From contig JAWBQF010000001.1 of NCBI GenBank assembly GCA_038845975.1, positions 96,743-124,592 on the forward strand: a stretch of 27,850 bases of DNA, written 5' to 3'. How positions within the stretch are numbered: the first letter of the stretch is position 1; every line of letters begins with the position of its first letter. A program made the translations under genes and the position numbers. Source of the DNA: Candidatus Methanomethylicia archaeon (lineage in GTDB: Archaea; Thermoproteota; Methanomethylicia; CALHIW01). Below, piece by piece: positions 17,661-26,285 of the stretch. The notes below the pieces were generated by a model. It saw only the letters and a list, made by a program, of their open reading frames with translations. It was not told the origin of the DNA and did not search any database.

Positions 17661-18536
17661 ATAACTACTACAGTTATAAAATTACAGTACTTTACGAGGT
17701 CGCTAGAAAATTCACTTAGAAAAGTCATTACGAAACCATTTAAATCTTATCTGGAGCTTAGCAATTTAAGTAGGAGCTTATTAGGCTTCTTCTCTTAAGT
17801 TTAGGGTTAGTGGGCTTAGTTAATGATGTGTTTGTACTGAATATTATTTATATGTATTTGTTGCTGATATAAATAGATGGATATACTGTTAAGTATAGAT
17901 ATTACTTAACAGCATTAAAAGGCTTAAAATGGATGGAAATAGAAGTATGAAGGACAAATACTTAATACTTTTCTAAGAAAATGCTATTAGTAAGTTTTGA
18001 TAGGATTGCTATTAATAGTATAACTACCATTAAGGCTAGGAGAAACTGGTTAGATATTAGTAAGAATGTTAAGGATGCAAAGATATATGTAGTTATATTA
18101 TGTGAAGTCCTACTGTTAAGCGTTCAGATAAGGCCTAGAAATGAACATGACTTCAAACACTTCATAACTTCAGAAGATTTAAAGGTTAAACATAGTAGAT
18201 CTATAAGGTTACGAGGACTTAACAACAATACTAAGAGATAGGAGTTTACCTTAAGTGTAAAGGAATAAAGCAACATAGATGTTAATCTGAGGAATAGGAG
18301 AGAAGCTTAAATGTTTAAGACTATATGGACTCAATAGGGAAGATATAAGAAAACGAGAAACACTACTGAAAGATTCTTCGTATAAATAAAATATTCAGAG
18401 AATAACAATAAGATATAAGAGAGCTAACATCAATATTCCTAGCATTCATACAAATAGCGTAATAATATACCTGAAGGTTTTGCAGTAAGTTTAGAAGTAA
18501 CATAGAATTCCTTAAGTGAAATCTAGTTTAAGCTAT

Positions 18537-19451
18537 TTACCTTGTTAAACCCAATATTTTCCTTGCCTCATTTGGTGTTGCATTCTCCCTTCCTGTTACT
18601 TCGTATATCAGCATTTTCACCTTCTCTACTAGTTCAGCATTACTCTTCGCTAATACACCCTTTCTAAGATATAAATTGTCTTCTAATCCTACCCTTACAT
18701 GTCCACCCATTATAGCTGCTGTAATACATAATGGAAACTCATATCTTCCAGCTGCACATACAGACCATGTGTATCCACAATCTCCAAAAAGTCTATCTGC
18801 TGTTCGTTTTAGGTGTACTAGGTCTTCTACTGTTGCGCCAATCCCACCGAGAATGCCCATAACAAACTGTATATGTAATGGAGGTTTTAAAACACCATCA
18901 CTAAGCAGCTGGTAAGCATTATATAAGTGTGAAACATCATAGCATTCAAGCTCGGGTTTAGTTCCATTTTCATACATTACCTTACAGAAATGCTCTAAAT
19001 CAGCAAAAGTATTCTTGAATACGTAGTCCTTAGTCATTTCAAGATAGGGCTTTTCCCATGAATATTTCCACTCCCTAATCCTAGCAACATATGGATACAA
19101 TGCGAAATTCATTGACCCCATGTTGAAGGAAGCCATTTCAGGCTTAAGTTCTGGAACAACTTTAATTCTCTCCTCAGCAGTCATACCGAAACCTCCACCA
19201 GTTGTTATACAGATAATAACGTCAGATCTACATTTAATACTAGATACAACTTCACGGAAAAAATCTAAATTTGAAGTTGGCTTACCATTACTTGGATCTC
19301 TAACATGAATATGAACAATAGCAGCTCCAGCATCAGCAGCCTTAACAGCTTCATCAGCTATTTGCTTAGGAGTAATAGGTAGATAGGGAGTCATAGTAGG
19401 AGTATGAATGGAGCCTGTAATAGCAGCAGTAATAATAACTTTATCCATCAT
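18537..19451 (-). CDS. BKACE-family enzyme (3-keto-5-aminohexanoate cleavage enzyme-like, DUF849)
   Basis: The ORF is open to 19472 (MHMYRCDMMDK...). The palindromic TATA box at 19474-19481 is about 26 bp from Met8 (19451), so I prefer that start. VIITAAITGSIHTPTMTPYLPITPKQIADEAVKAADAGAAIVHIHVRD and GGHVRVGLEDNLY are typical BKACE motifs. Confidence 0.8.
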   Translation of the reverse strand: MMDKVIITAAITGSIHTPTMTPYLPITPKQIADEAVKAADAGAAIVHIHVRDPSNGKPTSNLDFFREVVSSIKCRSDVIICITTGGGFGMTAEERIKVVPELKPEMASFNMGSMNFALYPYVARIREWKYSWEKPYLEMTKDYVFKNTFADLEHFCKVMYENGTKPELECYDVSHLYNAYQLLSDGVLKPPLHIQFVMGILGGIGATVEDLVHLKRTADRLFGDCGYTWSVCAAGRYEFPLCITAAIMGGHVRVGLEDNLYLRKGVLAKSNAELVEKVKMLIYEVTGRENATPNEARKILGLTR

Positions 19452-19473
19452 ATCACATCTATACATATGCATA

Positions 19474-19481
19474 ATTTAAAT
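19474..19481 (-). promoter_or_regulatory. TATA box (atttaaat) for the BKACE gene
   Basis: It directly abuts the first in-frame ATG (19472) and lies about 26 bp upstream of Met8 at 19451. Confidence 0.4.
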
Positions 19482-19650
19482 CTTACCATATTAAGAATGT
19501 TAACTCTAAGGTTTTGTTTAACTGTTCCTACTTGTACTGATATAATTGCAGTTATAAATTTTAGGAGAGACATTAAATAACTATCTCTCTGGATGGAGCC
19601 TGGATGATGAGTGAATTTAGCTTAATCTAACTGATTCATATGGTTTAGCT

Positions 19651-20613
19651 CTATACATGGAACATTTCTGGATTAGCTCTAACTTCATTAATGAAGTCTT
19701 CTACTAAAAGGTTAAGATCACTATATTTAGGTTTCCAGTTTAGCTCTCTTTCCAATCTACTACAATCCATATTTTTCGGCCAAGACTTTACGACTTCCAC
19801 AGCTAAAGGATCAGGTCTAAATTCTATACGTACATTCCTAACATATTTATTAACAACATCAGCAATCTCCCTAGCTGTTGGACTTGGAGTTAAGCCTGAT
19901 ACATTATATATTCTACTTTTAAGTCTTGAAATGTTTTCCAACGCTACTATAGCTAGATTAGCTACATCCTTAATATAAATTATTGGAAGACAAGCATCTT
20001 CAGGCACGTTAACCACATAGTCTTCTCCCTGAGCAGCTTTCTGAATTATAAGTGTGGAGTAGGCTGAGAAGCCACCATCTCTTCTTCCAGGCCCTATAAC
20101 TGATCCATATCTAAAAGCAGCAAAACCTATATTATATCTTCTGTAAAACCATAAACCAAGCATTTCACCATATTGCTTAGAAATACCATATAGAGTTTCA
20201 GGTATTGTATATGTATCCTCTCTTACAAATTCAGAAATATTTGATCCATAAACAGCAGCACTACTTGCAAATATGATAGCTTCAATACCTAGCTCCTTAG
20301 CAGTATTAAACACGTTCCAGGTACCTTCAAAGTTTACCTTAAACCCTTGATATGGATTCCTTTCAGCAGCTGCTGAAAGCAAAGCAGCATAATGCATAAT
20401 AGCATTAACCTTGTACTTCTTTATAGTTTCAACAAGTAAAACATTATCAGTAACATCACCTTGAACTATAACAACATCATTTCTAATATCTCTAATAAGA
20501 TTGTCGTTTACTACCACATCATAAATTACAACATTATAACCTGCTTTAACAAGACTTCGAGCTATATGAGACCCTATAAATCCGGAACCCCCAGTAATTA
20601 AAACCGTCCACAT
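19651..20613 (-). CDS. NAD-dependent epimerase/dehydratase (extended SDR family)
   Basis: 320-aa ORF. Rossmann motif VLITGGSGFIGSHIA and the catalytic YGISK (YxxxK) motif. Confidence 0.85.
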   Translation of the reverse strand: MWTVLITGGSGFIGSHIARSLVKAGYNVVIYDVVVNDNLIRDIRNDVVIVQGDVTDNVLLVETIKKYKVNAIMHYAALLSAAAERNPYQGFKVNFEGTWNVFNTAKELGIEAIIFASSAAVYGSNISEFVREDTYTIPETLYGISKQYGEMLGLWFYRRYNIGFAAFRYGSVIGPGRRDGGFSAYSTLIIQKAAQGEDYVVNVPEDACLPIIYIKDVANLAIVALENISRLKSRIYNVSGLTPSPTAREIADVVNKYVRNVRIEFRPDPLAVEVVKSWPKNMDCSRLERELNWKPKYSDLNLLVEDFINEVRANPEMFHV

Positions 20614-21066
20614 GGAAACACCAGTACAATACTACTAGCATACTTAAAAATCTACTAGCTATTGTAAGTGTAGGCTTAAAGAATTGATATTTACTATTTA
20701 AACAAGCTTTCAGATTATGTTTCGATAGTTACTCATGAATAAACAGTATCAACAATTACTCTCTACAGTTTAAGTAGAGATGTATAGCTAAATGCTAGTA
20801 TGAATGTTTGATAATATCTATAGGTGGAAGTTAACCAGTAGTATGGATTGGTGAAGTAGGCTTTGATAAAGCTTGAAGCTAATAACAGCTAATATTGTTT
20901 ACTTATATTTTAATGTAATGATTGTTAATTGTATTGGCTTAATTATATTAGATTAACATTATGAGACTGGTGAAAAGCTGATTAATTACTGGGAGTTAGT
21001 AGTAGATAGAGATTAGTAGAGCCATATTATTAACTAGATAAGATTTAGTATTGTCTGTTATGAAAT

Positions 21067-22209
21067 CTAAACTTCTTTAATATAGTTTAAGAATTTAGAG
21101 AAAATCCATGAGGTGTCGTATGGTCCTGGAGAGGCTTCAGGATGGTATTGAACAGACAGTATTGGCTTGCTGATATGTTTAAGACCCTCAACAGTTCCAT
21201 CATCAACATTTCTAAACCATGTTTTTAACTCTGTGTTTTCAAGTGTTTTTTCATTTACAGCATATCCATGGTTTTGACTTGTAATATAGCATTTCCCAGT
21301 TTCAACATCTATACATGGCTTATTTTGTCCTCGATGACCATACTTAAGCTTGAAGGTATCAGCATTCAATGCTAAAGCTATTATTTGATTACCTAAACAT
21401 ATTCCTAAAATAGGTAAATCTGTTTCATCAATTATTCTTCTAATAGTTTTTATAGTGACTTCACATCGCTTCGGATTTCCAGGTCCATTACTTATAACGA
21501 TTCCATGAGGATTATATGATAGTATCTCATCAATACTGTAGCTATACGGAACCCTAACAACTCTAAATCCATTAAGTATGAGTTGACGTATAATATTAAG
21601 CTTAACCCCACAGTCAATAAGCACTATATTCTTACCTCTACCATATATTATGGGCTTCTTAACGCTTACTTCTTCAACAAAGTTTATTGATTCATAAGAT
21701 TTAGAGTTTTTTAGAAGTTTAAAGCCATTTTCAGGATCGTCAAAAACCATGGCCCCCATCATAACACCCTCAACTCTAAGTTTCTTCGTTAAATATCTAG
21801 TATCGATACCTGAGATTCCAGGTATACCTTCCATGTATAGCCAATCATTAAAACTCATGGTGGAAGTCCAGTGAGATGGATTTAGACAAAGCTCATGAAT
21901 TACAACTCCCTGAACCTTTATCGATTCAGACTCAAAAAACATTGGGAAGCCATACCTATCAATCATACTGTATGATGGAACACCATAGTTACCTATTAAT
22001 GGATAGGTAAAACATAGTATCTGCCCTTTATATGATGGATCTGTTAAAGACTCCGTATACCCAATCATACCTGTAGTGAAAACAAGTTCCCCAACAGTAT
22101 TTTTAGGATACCCAATAGAAAAACCCTTAAAAACTGAGCTGTCTTCAAGTATGAGCCAAGCGTTCTTAGGATTCTCCGTAGAACCCTTCATATCTTTTTG
22201 AATAGCCAT
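21067..22209 (-). CDS. carA: Carbamoyl-phosphate synthase small (glutamine amidotransferase) subunit
   Basis: 380-aa ORF. N-terminal CPSase small-chain domain (LILEDSSVFKGFSIGY...GELVFTTGMIGYTESLTDPSYKGQIL). Class-I GATase triad motifs GICLGNQ and QYHPE. Confidence 0.95.
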   Translation of the reverse strand: MAIQKDMKGSTENPKNAWLILEDSSVFKGFSIGYPKNTVGELVFTTGMIGYTESLTDPSYKGQILCFTYPLIGNYGVPSYSMIDRYGFPMFFESESIKVQGVVIHELCLNPSHWTSTMSFNDWLYMEGIPGISGIDTRYLTKKLRVEGVMMGAMVFDDPENGFKLLKNSKSYESINFVEEVSVKKPIIYGRGKNIVLIDCGVKLNIIRQLILNGFRVVRVPYSYSIDEILSYNPHGIVISNGPGNPKRCEVTIKTIRRIIDETDLPILGICLGNQIIALALNADTFKLKYGHRGQNKPCIDVETGKCYITSQNHGYAVNEKTLENTELKTWFRNVDDGTVEGLKHISKPILSVQYHPEASPGPYDTSWIFSKFLNYIKEV

Positions 22210-22233
22210 ATTTAAACCTTTCTACTGAGATAG

Positions 22234-22241
22234 ATATATTT
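22234..22241 (-). promoter_or_regulatory. TATA-like box (aaatatat on the minus strand) for carA
   Basis: Box centre is about 28 bp upstream of the ATG at 22209, in the 125-bp region divergent from pgk. Confidence 0.35.
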
Positions 22242-22295
22242 ACAACGTAACTGAAACTACATAATAATACAGAATAGTTATATGTAGAACAGATA

Positions 22296-22304
22296 AAATA
22301 TTTA
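22296..22304 (+). promoter_or_regulatory. TATA-like box (aaatattta) for pgk
   Basis: Box centre is about 35 bp upstream of the ATG at 22335, which would give a short leader of about 9 nt. Confidence 0.3.
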
Positions 22305-22334
22305 AGATTCTGCATAAACTCTAAATGTGGAATT

Positions 22335-23570
22335 ATGTCTCTTAAGATACCTAAAGTATTAACTATGGATAGCTTTAATTTTAATAATAAGTATGTTCTA
22401 GTAAGAATTGATATCAATTCACCTATAGATCCTGAATCGAAAATCATATTGGATGATGCAAGATTTAGGGAGCATGCTAAAACAATAAGAGAACTTATTG
22501 AGGGGGAGGCACGCATCACGTTAACATCACATCAGGGAAGACCTGGAGATCCTGACTTCACATCTCTAAATGGACATGCAGAACTCTTATCATCGATTTT
22601 AGGAGTAGAAGTAAAGTTTATTGATGATGTATGCGGTCCAGCTGCAAGAGAAGCGATAAGAAAGCTTAATCCATCAGAGGTTTTACTACTTGAAAATGTA
22701 AGATTCCATTCTGAGGAACTTCTTGAAAGAAAACCTGAACTCCAGGCTAAAACATATCTAGTATCTAAACTTACACCATTATTCAACTACTTTATACTTG
22801 ATGCCTTCGCTACAGCTCATAGATCACAACCATCAATAGTTGGATTCCCACTAACACTAAAATCATGCGCTGGAAGAATTATGGAGGCTGAAATCGAGGC
22901 CTTAAGGAAAATCTACGGTGAAAAGGAGGGAAGGGTATTCATACTGGGAGGAAGCAAGATCCGCGACTCATTAAAAATAATGGAGAATCTACTAGTAAAC
23001 AAAGTAGCTGATAAAATACTTCTAACAGGTCTACTAGCACTTGTATTCCTATATGCTAAAGATGTAAGGCTAAATAGTCAAGTTGTTGAAGTCATAAAGG
23101 AGAAGGGGCTTATGGGGGAAATACCTAAAGCAAGGGAACTACTAAGAAAATACAGTGAGTATATTAAGATGCCGATTGATGGAGCCATAGAGGTTGATGG
23201 AAGAAGAGTTGAGGGAGACATAGAGTCTTTAAAGGGGAGAATAATGGATATTGGAGTTGGAACCATTAATTTATATAGGGAGGAAATTAAGAATGCAAAT
23301 ACTATAATTATAAGAGGACCTGCAGGAGTTATAGAGAAGGATGAGTTTAGAATAGGAAGTGAGAAAATAGTTAAAGCAGCTATTGAAAGTGGAGCATACA
23401 TAATCTTCGGGGGAGGACATATGAGAGCTATAGTAGATAATATTACAGTAAGCTTTCATGGACATATGAGTACAGGCGGTGGAGCTTTACTAACATTTCT
23501 TTCAGGAGAGCCGCTTCCAGGATTAGAGGCACTGGCAATTTCAGCTCAGAAATATTTAAATAGTTTATAA
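22335..23570 (+). CDS. pgk: Phosphoglycerate kinase, archaeal type
   Basis: 411-aa ORF. Motifs: KYVLVRIDINSPID, TSHQGRPG, LLENVRFHSEE, FATAHRSQPS, and a C-terminal STGGGALLTFLSGEPLPGLEAL. Confidence 0.95.
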   Translation: MSLKIPKVLTMDSFNFNNKYVLVRIDINSPIDPESKIILDDARFREHAKTIRELIEGEARITLTSHQGRPGDPDFTSLNGHAELLSSILGVEVKFIDDVCGPAAREAIRKLNPSEVLLLENVRFHSEELLERKPELQAKTYLVSKLTPLFNYFILDAFATAHRSQPSIVGFPLTLKSCAGRIMEAEIEALRKIYGEKEGRVFILGGSKIRDSLKIMENLLVNKVADKILLTGLLALVFLYAKDVRLNSQVVEVIKEKGLMGEIPKARELLRKYSEYIKMPIDGAIEVDGRRVEGDIESLKGRIMDIGVGTINLYREEIKNANTIIIRGPAGVIEKDEFRIGSEKIVKAAIESGAYIIFGGGHMRAIVDNITVSFHGHMSTGGGALLTFLSGEPLPGLEALAISAQKYLNSL

Positions 23571-23573
23571 GTA

Positions 23574-24017
23574 GTGGTTATTATGGTGTATTTTCCGGAG
23601 CCAACATATACTATAGCTTACCTTTTTAGAAGACTTCTAATACCAATAGATGGTTCTGAACAATCCCTTAAAGCATTAAAACTAGCTGTAGATTTTGCAT
23701 TAAGATACGGATCAAAAATAACAGCTCTCTACATAGCTTATGAGGGACAGAATGAATTATACATAGAAGACATTAAGAGGAAAATATTGGAGGTAAGTCA
23801 AAGAGAAGGAGTGGATATAGAGTGTAAAATTAGATACTTTAACCCTATGAAAAGCTCAATTGTAAAGGAGATAGTAAGGGAGAGTATTGACGGCCCATAT
23901 GATGCGGTAATTATAGGTTCACAGGGAGTAGGAGGATTAGGAGGAGAAATAGTTATGGGGGAGGCTGCAATACATGCAGTAATATTTATACCTAAAACAA
24001 TAGTAATAGTACGTTAA
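23574..24017 (+). CDS. Universal stress protein (UspA family)
   Basis: 147-aa ORF. Motifs: LLIPIDGSEQSLKALKLAVDFA ... AVIIGSQGVGGLGGEIVMGEAA. The GTG at 23574 is 3 nt after the pgk stop. The alternative ATG at 23583 is equally possible. Confidence 0.75.
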   Translation: MVIMVYFPEPTYTIAYLFRRLLIPIDGSEQSLKALKLAVDFALRYGSKITALYIAYEGQNELYIEDIKRKILEVSQREGVDIECKIRYFNPMKSSIVKEIVRESIDGPYDAVIIGSQGVGGLGGEIVMGEAAIHAVIFIPKTIVIVR

Positions 24018-24023
24018 ACATTA

Positions 24024-25097
24024 TTAACTGTGGAGTATACATAAAGTCTTCACTGCTTCGGTAAGAACCTCTATACTCTTAATGTAGTCGCTAATTTTTA
24101 CGTACTCATTTTCAGTATGGCTTAATCTTGAATTGCCAGGACCATATGAAACCGAGGGAACACTCATAGACCTAGCATAAACATTTAAGTCACCAGTACC
24201 TGTTTTTCTAATAAGCTTTACAGGTCTACCAAGTATTTTAACTATAGCTCTACTGAAAGCTTTAACTATGGGTGAGTCTAAACTAATTTCGTAGGGTTCA
24301 ACAAGATCATCATAGGATAACTTAACATCCAATCCACTATCTACTATGTATTCCTCAATAATCCTAGAAATTAGCATCATACAATTATTAACACTATAAT
24401 TGGATGGAATTCTTACATCAATATATGCTTTACAACTACTAGGTACAATATTATGTGATTTACCTCCACTTATCCTAGTTAAACATACAGCTACAGAATT
24501 AGATGATGCCTTCTCAAATTCAAGTTTTAGCTTTAAGTATATATTAAATAGCTCCTCTATAGCATTCTTATAAGCCCATGGAGCACTTGAATGCCCACCT
24601 TGACCAGTACTGCAGAATATTTTAACTCCAATCTTACCCCTATACCCTACTGTAAGCCCATATAGATTACTTGGCTCACCAAATACTGCATAGTTAGCTT
24701 TAATATTACTCTTAATTATTTCACTTATACCTTTACCATAACCCTCCTCATCAACTACAGCTGCAACAATTACATTCCCTCTAATATCTTTAAGCTTTGA
24801 AGCTGCAATTACTAGTGCTGCTAGAGAGGCTTTAGCATCAACTACACCCCTACCATAAAGAAACTCGCCATTGAAAGTTACTGGTAGCTTTCCAGGTACA
24901 GTATCCATATGTCCACAAAACAGAATTGTAGGAGAGCTTGAACCAACTTCACCAATAACGTTACCAGCATTATCAATCCTAACATTTTCAAAACCATTCT
25001 CCAACATAAACTTTTCAATATATTTAGAAACTTCGAGCTCGTAACCACTTGGACTATACATCTCAACAATATCTCTAAGAAACTTTACATAGTCCAC
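24024..25097 (-). CDS. lysK: [LysW]-lysine/[LysW]-ornithine hydrolase (ArgE/LysK, M20 peptidase family)
   Basis: 357-aa ORF with a GTG start. M20 motifs: ILFCGHMDTVPG, GRGVVDAKASLAA, VVDEEG, and a C-terminal SHTENEYV. Confidence 0.85.
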   Translation of the reverse strand: MDYVKFLRDIVEMYSPSGYELEVSKYIEKFMLENGFENVRIDNAGNVIGEVGSSSPTILFCGHMDTVPGKLPVTFNGEFLYGRGVVDAKASLAALVIAASKLKDIRGNVIVAAVVDEEGYGKGISEIIKSNIKANYAVFGEPSNLYGLTVGYRGKIGVKIFCSTGQGGHSSAPWAYKNAIEELFNIYLKLKLEFEKASSNSVAVCLTRISGGKSHNIVPSSCKAYIDVRIPSNYSVNNCMMLISRIIEEYIVDSGLDVKLSYDDLVEPYEISLDSPIVKAFSRAIVKILGRPVKLIRKTGTGDLNVYARSMSVPSVSYGPGNSRLSHTENEYVKISDYIKSIEVLTEAVKTLCILHS

Positions 25098-25101
25098 TAT
25101 T

Positions 25102-25106
25102 TCACC
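25102..25106 (-). promoter_or_regulatory. Shine-Dalgarno-like GGTGA preceding lysK
   Basis: The minus strand reads TAA-CTAGCT-GGTGA-AATA-GTG: lysJ stop, then SD, then a 4-nt spacer and the lysK GTG start. Confidence 0.45.
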
Positions 25107-25112
25107 AGCTAG

Positions 25113-26285
25113 TTAAACACTATAGGATTTTACTACTTCACTAAGAGCTTTAACTACTCTACTTGCCTGCTCCTCGCTAATTATGAGTGGGGGTAGAAGC
25201 CTAATAGTATTGATTCCAGAATATAAGGGTATAACACCTTTCTTAATGGTTTCAAGCAGTATTCTATATATGTTAATTTTCATCTCAATACCGATCATTA
25301 ATCCAATACCTCTAACCTCTCTAATAATTTTACTTTCATCTTGAAGTTTCTGAAGCATATTTTTAAGCTTACTACCAACTCGCTCAGCATTTTCAACTAG
25401 GTTTTCTTCAGCTATAATGTTTAGAACAGTCTTACCGGCCGCGCATGCTATTGGATTCCCGCCGAAAGTACTTGAATGCTCACCTATCTTAAACACATTC
25501 ATAACATCACTTCTAGCAACAGTTACGCCTAAAGGAATTCCGCCTCCAATTCCCTTAGCAATACACATAATATCAGGGTCTATATTGAAATGTTGGTGGC
25601 TCCATAGTTTACCTGTCCTACCTAAACCTGCTTGAACCTCATCTACAATTAGGAGGGAACCATGCTTATACGTTAATTCTCTTAAAGACTTAATAAATTC
25701 GTAGGAGGATATATGAATACCGCTTTCACCTTGAACAGGTTCAACAATAACTGCAGCAGTATTATCTGTAATCTTACTTTCAAAATCCTTAACGTCATTG
25801 TATCTAGCAAATTTAACATGAGGATATAGAAGATGTTCAAATGGCTTCCTATACTTTGAATTCCAAGTTAATGAGAGGGAGCCTAAAGTTTTTCCATGAT
25901 AGCTTCCAGTAAAGGCTATAAACTCCCTTCTACCAGTGTATTTAGCAGCTAGCTTAATTGCACATTCAATAGATTCAGCTCCACTATTTGATAGGAAAAC
26001 TCTATCTAACCCTTTAGGAGTATACTTTACAAGTGTTTCTAGAAATTCTACTCTAGCATCATTATATAGGGAGCAGTGACATATCATTAGTTTTTCACAT
26101 TGATTTTTAATGGCTTCAACAACTTTAGGATGACAGTGACCAACTATAGCTACACCATAGCCAGCCATACAGTCAATATACTCCCTACCTTCAGAATCCC
26201 ATATTAATACACCTCTACCCTTAACAGCAATTACTGGAAATCTTTGATAAACCCCTGCAAGAATTCTATCCTCACCTATTATCAC
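25113..26285 (-). CDS. lysJ: Class-III PLP aminotransferase (ArgD/LysJ: acetylornithine / [LysW]-aminoadipate semialdehyde aminotransferase)
   Basis: 390-aa ORF with a GTG start. Motifs: DCMAGYGVAIVGHCHPKV, SNSGAESIECAIKLA, LLIVDEVQAGLGRTGKLW, and the PLP-lysine context DIMCIAKGIGGG. Confidence 0.9.
   Translation of the reverse strand: MIIGEDRILAGVYQRFPVIAVKGRGVLIWDSEGREYIDCMAGYGVAIVGHCHPKVVEAIKNQCEKLMICHCSLYNDARVEFLETLVKYTPKGLDRVFLSNSGAESIECAIKLAAKYTGRREFIAFTGSYHGKTLGSLSLTWNSKYRKPFEHLLYPHVKFARYNDVKDFESKITDNTAAVIVEPVQGESGIHISSYEFIKSLRELTYKHGSLLIVDEVQAGLGRTGKLWSHQHFNIDPDIMCIAKGIGGGIPLGVTVARSDVMNVFKIGEHSSTFGGNPIACAAGKTVLNIIAEENLVENAERVGSKLKNMLQKLQDESKIIREVRGIGLMIGIEMKINIYRILLETIKKGVIPLYSGINTIRLLPPLIISEEQASRVVKALSEVVKSYSV

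Noticed and set aside
17981-18241. An 86-aa ORF (MLLVSFDRIAINSITTIKARRNWLDISKNVKD...) is the only ORF of 60 aa or more in the 876-bp gap.
   Set aside because: It has no recognisable motif, no well-placed TATA box or SD, and a basic low-complexity C-terminus. An ORF of this length can arise by chance. It is treated as part of the ORF-poor region rather than as a gene.
19604-19634. A perfect C-box-like ATGATGA (19604-19610) is followed by CTGA (19631-19634), suggesting a C/D-box sRNA between the SDR and BKACE genes.
   Set aside because: The 20-nt spacing fits neither a half-mer nor a full C/D'/C'/D architecture. I found no complementary terminal stem and no second box pair.
11907-20808. The 14-mer ctagtatgaatgtt is shared by two long ORF-free regions (11907-11920 and 20795-20808), which might have indicated a dispersed repeat or MITE.
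   Set aside because: The match does not extend beyond 14 nt on either side and lies within the chance expectation.
22166-22519. A 117-aa minus-strand ORF spans the carA start, the divergent promoter region and the pgk start.
   Set aside because: It overlaps two well-supported conserved genes and their promoters. It is hydrophobic and low-complexity, as expected for antisense translation.
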